From: an uncultured cyanobacterium
GTDB lineage: Bacteria; Cyanobacteriota; Cyanobacteriia; Cyanobacteriales; Microcystaceae
Assembly: GCA_963807635.1 (NCBI GenBank)
Contig: CAWEDJ010000099.1
Coordinates: forward strand, 1 to 25,705
Length of the DNA: 25,705 bases
Reading direction: 5' to 3'
The notes beneath the pieces are model-generated. The model made no database searches and had not been told where the DNA came from. It saw only the letters and a program-made list of their open reading frames with translations. Of this stretch, positions 19,839 to 25,705 are shown piece by piece (position 1 is the first letter of the stretch; each line of letters starts with the position of its first letter). A program made the position numbers and the translations under genes.

Positions 19839-21757
19839 TTACTTTTGTTGTTGTTCAAAATAAGCCGTTAATGCGTCACTAATAATTTGATTCATGGGAC
19901 GATTTTCCTTAACAGAAGCGTCTTTGAGTTGGACAAATAATTCATCGTCAACGCTGACTCGATTTTTATTTTTGCGGACAAGGGAATTTCCAGCAGTTTT
20001 GGATTGATAACTGGCGGAAAATTGACGCAATGCCTCAAAACCCAAACGATGACAAAATTCTCCAAAACTTTCGTCCTCTTGTCGTTCTTGTTTGAAATAA
20101 ACAAAAAGCGGCTCTAGGAAATTTTCTAGATCAGCAATGGACAACTTGTCGGTATAGGCTTGGGCTAAACGGGTTTGATTAGGAGTTCCACCGAGCCAAA
20201 TTTGGTAAGTATCGGGCGTACTACCTACAAAACCCAACTCTGCCATATAAGGACGGGCGCAACCATTGGGACAACCCGTCATCCGAATAACGAGGGATTG
20301 TTTGCCTAAACCAACCTTTTTTAAAATAGAACGAATCCGTTCATTAACACTCGGTAAAACTCGCTCCGATTCGGTGACCGCTAAACCGCAGGTCGGCAAG
20401 CAGGACAGGCCATGGAATAGCGCACCAGATCATCAATCTTATCGGGATTGGTAATGACATGATGTTCTTTGAAAATCGCTTCAATCTTGGCTTTTTGGGA
20501 CGGTGGGATTTCGTAGATCAGGATATTATGATTGGCCGTTAAACGGATTGGCAATTGAAATTGTTCAATAATTTTCCGTAAAGCAGTTTTCAGTTGAAAA
20601 TCACCGTCATCCTTGACTCGACCATTTTCCACCGAGAGACCAAAGAAGAGTTTGCCGTCCCCCTGTTCATGCCAACCGAGATAGTCCTCGTATTTCCATT
20701 CAGGCAAGGGTTTGAAAGGCTGAATCGCTTTGCCTAGATATTCTTCAACTTTGGTGCGAAATTTTTCCACTCCCCAATCTGCTAATAAATATTTCATCCG
20801 TGCATGACGACGGTTGTAGCGATCGCTGTAATCCCGTTGGGTAGCCACAATGGCCTTCACCAGATCATAGATATCCGCTTTATCCACATAACCAATGGGA
20901 TCAGCCGTACGGGGGAACGTTTCTTCTTTATTGTGAGTGCGACCTAAGCCGCCACCTGCAAGGATATTAAAACCTTCTAATTCGCCCTGACTATTGGTGA
21001 TAACCACCAGACTAATATCGTGGGTATAGACATCAATGGAATTATCGCCTGGTACGGTGACACTAATTTTGAACTTACGGGGCATATACTGTTCCCCATA
21101 GATCGGCTCTATCGGGTCGGGTAAATTACTACCGTTTAAATTCTTTTGTCTAGCGGCTTTGACCTCTGGGGCTTCTTCTGCACTAATGGCTTTTTCTCCG
21201 TCTAGCCAAATTTCGTAGTAAGCTCCTGTTTGCGGGGTTAATAAATCTGCAACTTTATGGGCATAGTCCCAGGCATAACCGTATTCGGGGCGATCGCGGA
21301 AAGGGGCGGGGGGAGCCATCACATTACGGTTAATATCTCCACAGGCTCCGAGGGTTGATCCCATATTGGTCACAATCGTTGAGATGACCGTTTTGAGATT
21401 CTTTTTGAGAATGCCATGCACCTGAAAGCCCTGGCGAGTGGTAGCTCGTAGGGTCTGATTCCCGTATTCGTTGGCCAAATTATCTAGGGCAATATAAAGC
21501 TGAGGTGGGATAAATCCCCCTGGATTACGAGTCCGCAGCATTAATTGATAATCCTTTTCCTGCCCTTTAACACGGTTATCGCGGTTATCTTGCTGGTAGG
21601 AACCATGAAATTTAAGAATTTGCACCGCATCGTCTGTGAAATGAGTGCTATCGTTTAGTAGCTCTGTGGCGAGGGGTTCTCGGAGGTAGTTACTCCGCTC
21701 TTTAATTTTTTCTACCTTAGAAACTTTGTCAGGGGAGGCTATGGGGGTTGTTACCAT
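19839..21757 (-). CDS. sir: Ferredoxin-dependent sulfite reductase; frameshift near 20400
   Basis: [44 protein letters not shown]. Siroheme/[4Fe-4S] ligands MACPA(L)PTCGLA span the shift, followed by [12 protein letters not shown]. Confidence 0.96.
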
Positions 21758-22091
21758 TGGGATTACAGGTCGAACGTATTATTTAGGCAGTGACGGTTGA
21801 AATTTACGTCGCGTTTATTATTGTAACCCGATTCCCCCCAGCAGTTCTTTAAGGATTGTGATCATTTCGCGATCGCAGGGTGTCATTTGGCGATCGCCGA
21901 CAGTTAAGAAGTTCATGGTCTACTTGCCACATTGCTTCGGTATAGGCTTCTAAGCGATCGCGTAGGGATCTGCTAGGCAGTGCGTGGGTTGGAGTCTAGA
22001 AAAACTTTGGGATACAAATAAATTACTTTATCTCGTGGAGTCAAACTACGGAATGTCGGGTTTAGGTTTGCTATAGTAGCTTTAGAAATTT

Positions 22092-22697
22092 TTACTGATT
22101 AAAACCTGTTATTGTAATATTAGGCTGATAACCTAGACTTTCAAAAAAAACTTCTAAAATTCTTTTAGCTTCTTCTGCCGTAGCCTTCTCAATTCCCTGA
22201 GAAAGTGCTTGATTTTTTAATCCACTAATTGCTTCGTTTATGGCAATATCTCTATCTCTATCATTAATTTTATTAAAAATATTAGGATCATCAAGAGTAA
22301 TTATCCTAATACCGTCTTGAGGTATTTCGGGATCGCTAATCTTAACAGAACTTTTATCAATAGTTATATTGATTATTAGAGTCTTTTTATTATTTGCGTC
22401 AATTTTTTCTTCGACTTTCCAATTTTCGTTGTTGAACTTAATACTTCCTGTAATTTTTCCCTGTACTATAACAAGAATTCTGCCATCTTTCCACTCATAC
22501 CATTGACGTTCTTTATTGTGTTCAAGAATGTTCTGCATGACATATTTAACTGTTGCAAGTTGAGCAATTTTATTAATTTGTTCAACTGTAACTGTACTTT
22601 GGGGAACTGTTTCAGGAAATAATACTCGACAGGAATTTAGTCCAGATATCCCTGCTATGGTTATGAGAATTAATGCTAAAAAATTATTAATTTTCAT
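22092..22697 (-). CDS. DUF4230-like lipoprotein (201 aa)
   Basis: Lipobox-like GLNSC; I.KIAQLATVKY, LVIVQGKI.G.I, C-terminal A..QGI...A..EAKRIL..FFESLGY. Visibly more AT-rich than its neighbours. Confidence 0.72.
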   Translation of the reverse strand: MKINNFLALILITIAGISGLNSCRVLFPETVPQSTVTVEQINKIAQLATVKYVMQNILEHNKERQWYEWKDGRILVIVQGKITGSIKFNNENWKVEEKIDANNKKTLIINITIDKSSVKISDPEIPQDGIRIITLDDPNIFNKINDRDRDIAINEAISGLKNQALSQGIEKATAEEAKRILEVFFESLGYQPNITITGFNQ

Positions 22698-22873
22698 TTA
22701 AATTTTCACCATATTTAACATATTCTTAAGCCTGAAATACTTACACAAAAAGAACTCAATAAACATAAGTGCGATCGCCGCATTCGTGTGGTGTGTTAAT
22801 GAAGTGTAATACGCTTTTTAAATTGTCCATGAAATCTAACATTTCAAAGGTAAAAATGCTCTCACCATTCTCG

Positions 22874-22922
22874 ATTTCAGCGATCGCGGTTTTGTAAATG
22901 ATAAACAGCGATCGCCTGAAAT
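22874..22922 (-). terminator. Stem-loop built from two HIP1 sites just downstream of the SIMPL gene
   Basis: ATTTCAGCGATCGCGGTTT ... AAACAGCGATCGCCTGAAAT near-perfect inverted repeat about 22 nt after the stop. Confidence 0.5.
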
Positions 22923-22943
22923 AGCTCAATCATTGACAAAAAC

Positions 22944-23657
22944 TCAATAGGAAATTTGCAGAGTAACAGAAGCTCTTACTGCCTGTTCTCCCCCAATAAC
23001 GGTTGTGGGAGGAGCCGCAGAAGCTCGGACAGCGTAATCTGCTTGCATTTTCGGCATAATCGGAGGAGTTGCTCCATTAATCTGAATATTCACGATGTCC
23101 TTCGCAGTGAAATTCAAAGCCTGTAAAACCGATGTTGCTTGAGCCTGGGCTTCGACAGTCGCTTTTTTTAGGGCTTCTTTTTGGGCTTGGGCGATTGCCT
23201 GATCAGTCGCTAAAAAACTGACCCCATTAATCCGAGTAGCCCCAGATTTTACCGCTTCGTCTAATAATGCGCCGACTTTTTCTGTGTCAAATCGAAAACT
23301 AACCGTATTAGAAGCAATATACCCCTTTAGTCGTCGTTGATTATCGCTGTAATCGTAGTTGGGTTGGAGTTGAATACCCGTTGTTTGTAATTTTTCGACT
23401 TGACGCGATCGCAACAAATCCACCACTGCCGCCGTTTGTTCAGCCGCTTCTTTTTGAACCTCATTAGCAGAGCGTCCATTAATCTCAATCCCTAAACTCA
23501 CCTCCGCGAGACTAGTGGCAATATTTTCTACCCCTTCGCCTGTAACGGTTAAGGTTCGTAATAATTTTTCTTGGGCTTGAACTGGGGAACTCGTTGCCAA
23601 CATAAAAATACCGATAATTGTGGTAATTGAGCGTACCGTGACAAATGATAGATTCAT
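22944..23657 (-). CDS. SIMPL domain-containing periplasmic protein (DUF541/YggE-like)
   Basis: Signal peptide (VQA), RTLTVTGEG, LQPNYDY, GYIASNTV, LLDEAVKSGATRINGVSF, GEQAVRASVTLQISY. Confidence 0.92.
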   Translation of the reverse strand: MNLSFVTVRSITTIIGIFMLATSSPVQAQEKLLRTLTVTGEGVENIATSLAEVSLGIEINGRSANEVQKEAAEQTAAVVDLLRSRQVEKLQTTGIQLQPNYDYSDNQRRLKGYIASNTVSFRFDTEKVGALLDEAVKSGATRINGVSFLATDQAIAQAQKEALKKATVEAQAQATSVLQALNFTAKDIVNIQINGATPPIMPKMQADYAVRASAAPPTTVIGGEQAVRASVTLQISY

Positions 23658-23764
23658 CGTTAAATTAATGGGTGATAATATCCTTGATTGTTTTAAAATT
23701 AGTCAATAGTAACCAGGAATGGGGCTATTGCTTCTTCCTGATTTTCTCAAAAATAATCCTTTAG

Positions 23765-23918
23765 TAAACCTCATCTAAATTGAAACCCGTAGTTTTGACA
23801 CTTGCCCCTTAAATCCGCCCATTCTGGAGGACTTTGAACTCAGAAATGTTGTAAACTCCCCGCAAAGTTGGGGGCTGGGGGGGCGAAAAACTTTAATTCT
23901 CAAACTAGATGGGGTTTA
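23765..23918. mobile_element. MITE-like element of about 154 bp with 19-bp terminal inverted repeats and an internal GC-rich double hairpin
   Basis: Left TAAACCTCATCTAAATTGA (23765-23783) versus right TCAAACTAGATGGGGTTTA (23900-23918): 16/19 complementary. The core GCCCCTTAAATCCGCCCATTCTGGAGGACTTTGA...CTCCCCGCAAAGTTGGGGGCTGGGGGGGC resembles a common cyanobacterial dispersed repeat. Confidence 0.6.
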
Positions 23919-23999
23919 TTTTTCATCCTAAGCTAGTTTTGCGTTATAAGCTTAGTAAGGAAAAAGTTCTGTCCTGTTGGGTTCGGGGGAAAGCGCACT

Positions 24000-25688
24000 A
24001 TGGTCGTCAAACCGTTTGATTTTAGTCATTACTATGTTTATGCAGAGATTGTCGAATTGCTTCAGGAAATGGCGATCGCCTATCCTAACTTAGTTCAATT
24101 ACAAATAATTGGCGAGAGTTACGCGGGGGAAAATATTTGGATTGCCATTTTAACCCAGCAAGAAACGGGACATTATCTAGAAAAACCAGGCTATTGGGTG
24201 GATTCTAATACCCATGCGGGAGAAGTCACGGGTTCGGCGGTGGCCTTATATCTTTTTCATAAGCTTTTGACCCAATATGGCATAGATCCTCAAATTACCC
24301 GATTATTAGACCAACATACCGTTTATATCCTGCCCCGCTTGGCGATCGATGGGGCTGAAAAATATTTAACCACTCCCTACCGTCTGCGCTCTAGTATTCG
24401 TCCCTATCCCTACCCCGAAGAACAGGATGGTTTGCATCGAGAAGATATTAATGGGGATGGCTTAATTCTACAAATGCGGATTCAAGACGACTGTGGTGCT
24501 TGGAAAATTTCGGAAAAAGACCCCCGTGTAATGATTCGCCGTGAATTGGATGAATTTGGCGGGACTTACTACACCCTTTTTCCCGAAGGTCGCATTGTCA
24601 ACTACGATGGCTACGAATTTAAAATTGCCCCTTCCTTAGAAGGCATGGATTTTAATCGCAATTATCCCTATCTCTGGAATCCCGAAGGTCAACAGGCAGG
24701 CGCAGGGGATTTTCCTTTTTCTGAACCTGAAACCCGTGCTGAGGCAGAATTTTGGCAACAACACCGCAATATTAATGGATTTATTAGTTATCACACCTAT
24801 TCGGCGGTGATTCTACGCCCCTACAGCACCCATGCCGATGATCATTATCCTGTAGAAGATTTGGAAATTTATAAACTTTTGGGGGATAAAGGGGAAGCGA
24901 TGACGGGGTATAAATGTATTTCAACCTACCACGATTTTCGCTATCATCCCAAGGAAATTACGACGGGAGTGATGGATGATTTTGGTTATGACCACTATGG
25001 TTGGTTTGGTTTTACCATCGAACTCTGGGACGCACCGACCCAGGCGGGGATAAAAAAAGAAGATTATATCCGTTGGTATGCTTGGCATCCCCTGGAAGAT
25101 GATTTGCTGTTGATGAAATGGAATGATGAGCAGTTAGGGGGAACGGGTTTTATTCCCTGGCAACCCTTTGATCATCCCCAGTTAGGAAGGGTTGAAATTG
25201 GTGGATGGGATGAGAAAGCGGTTTGGCAAAATGCCCCTGCTCAATATTTGCCTGAAATTTGTGAGAAACAAGCGAGTTTTGCGATCGCCCATGCCCTCAT
25301 GTCTCCTCGACTCGCGATCGCCCAAATGAAGCTCAGCCCTCAAGGCTCGGATATTTATCATTTGGTTGTCCAGATAGAAAATCAAGGGTTTTTACCGACC
25401 TATACCAGTAAAAAAACCTTAGAACGTAAAGCAGTCCGCGCGATCGAGGTGATGTTGTCTTTACCCGAAGGCGTAACCTTAATCAGCGGCCAACGGGAAC
25501 AGAATATCGAGCATTTAGAAGGACGCTCAAACAAAGCTTTTTCCTCCTTTATCTCCAGTGGTTCTGGAATTGATTACCGTCGCCATTTGGAATGGGTAAT
25601 CAAAGGGCCAGCAAAAAGCGAACTGGGAATCACGATTTATTCAGAACGAGCAGGAACGATCAGAACTCAGATTTGTTTAGAAAATTAA
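24000..25688 (+). CDS. M14 family zinc carboxypeptidase (562 aa)
   Basis: HAGE (HxxE), DGAE, DFNRN, PFSEPET, ISYHTYS, FTIELW. Confidence 0.93.
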   Translation: MVVKPFDFSHYYVYAEIVELLQEMAIAYPNLVQLQIIGESYAGENIWIAILTQQETGHYLEKPGYWVDSNTHAGEVTGSAVALYLFHKLLTQYGIDPQITRLLDQHTVYILPRLAIDGAEKYLTTPYRLRSSIRPYPYPEEQDGLHREDINGDGLILQMRIQDDCGAWKISEKDPRVMIRRELDEFGGTYYTLFPEGRIVNYDGYEFKIAPSLEGMDFNRNYPYLWNPEGQQAGAGDFPFSEPETRAEAEFWQQHRNINGFISYHTYSAVILRPYSTHADDHYPVEDLEIYKLLGDKGEAMTGYKCISTYHDFRYHPKEITTGVMDDFGYDHYGWFGFTIELWDAPTQAGIKKEDYIRWYAWHPLEDDLLLMKWNDEQLGGTGFIPWQPFDHPQLGRVEIGGWDEKAVWQNAPAQYLPEICEKQASFAIAHALMSPRLAIAQMKLSPQGSDIYHLVVQIENQGFLPTYTSKKTLERKAVRAIEVMLSLPEGVTLISGQREQNIEHLEGRSNKAFSSFISSGSGIDYRRHLEWVIKGPAKSELGITIYSERAGTIRTQICLEN

Positions 25689-25705
25689 GAATAAGCTGTT
25701 AATTA

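Larger units (their letters stand above)
396..25321. repeat. HIP1 (GCGATCGC) highly iterated palindrome, dispersed
   Basis: More than 40 copies counted by eye (e.g. 396, 2823, 8120, 15992, 19782, 22880), far above chance; a cyanobacterial hallmark. Confidence 0.95.

Noticed and set aside
757..21757. Mass pseudogenisation or programmed frameshifting of the antiporter, hisD, psbQ, usp, bioU and sir
   Set aside because: The proteins are otherwise intact, some are near-essential (sir, bioU), there are no slippery heptamers at most junctions, and the indels cluster at GGCC. Sequencing error is more parsimonious.
1..25705. CRISPR array, tRNA, rRNA, prophage or defence island
   Set aside because: No regularly spaced repeats, cloverleaf or rRNA-like sequence, or phage or defence genes seen; the recurring octamer is HIP1.

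Overview
AT-rich cyanobacterial chromosome segment (more than 40 HIP1 GCGATCGC octamers; gene content typical of unicellular Chroococcales-type cyanobacteria), mostly core or conserved genes. In order: the 3' end of an ISKra4/ISLre2-like transposase, a CPA1 cation/H+ antiporter with a TrkA-N domain, a radical SAM protein, a divergent HisD paralog, YbaB/EbfC, psbQ, an ArnT/GT39-like glycosyltransferase with an in-frame stop, rbfA, a DUF751/Ycf33 gene, TauE/SafE, a 51-aa DnaJ-type zinc-finger ORF missed by the ORF track, an amino-acid SBP, rpmB, DUF2839, a Usp gene plus two secreted hypotheticals, a VOC protein, map, a NarL-type regulator lacking the phosphoacceptor Asp, bioU, a membrane protein, ferredoxin-sulfite reductase with a ribbon-helix-helix-like tail, DUF4230, SIMPL, a MITE-like repeat and an M14 carboxypeptidase. 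About ten single-base frameshifts break conserved genes. Most sit at or next to GGCC, which points to methylation-linked sequencing errors rather than real pseudogenes. I found no CRISPR, rRNA, tRNA or clear multi-gene novel system. The best leads are single-gene oddities: the HisD paralog with altered Zn/NAD ligands, the SiR RHH tail, the D-to-N regulator and the small zinc-finger ORF.
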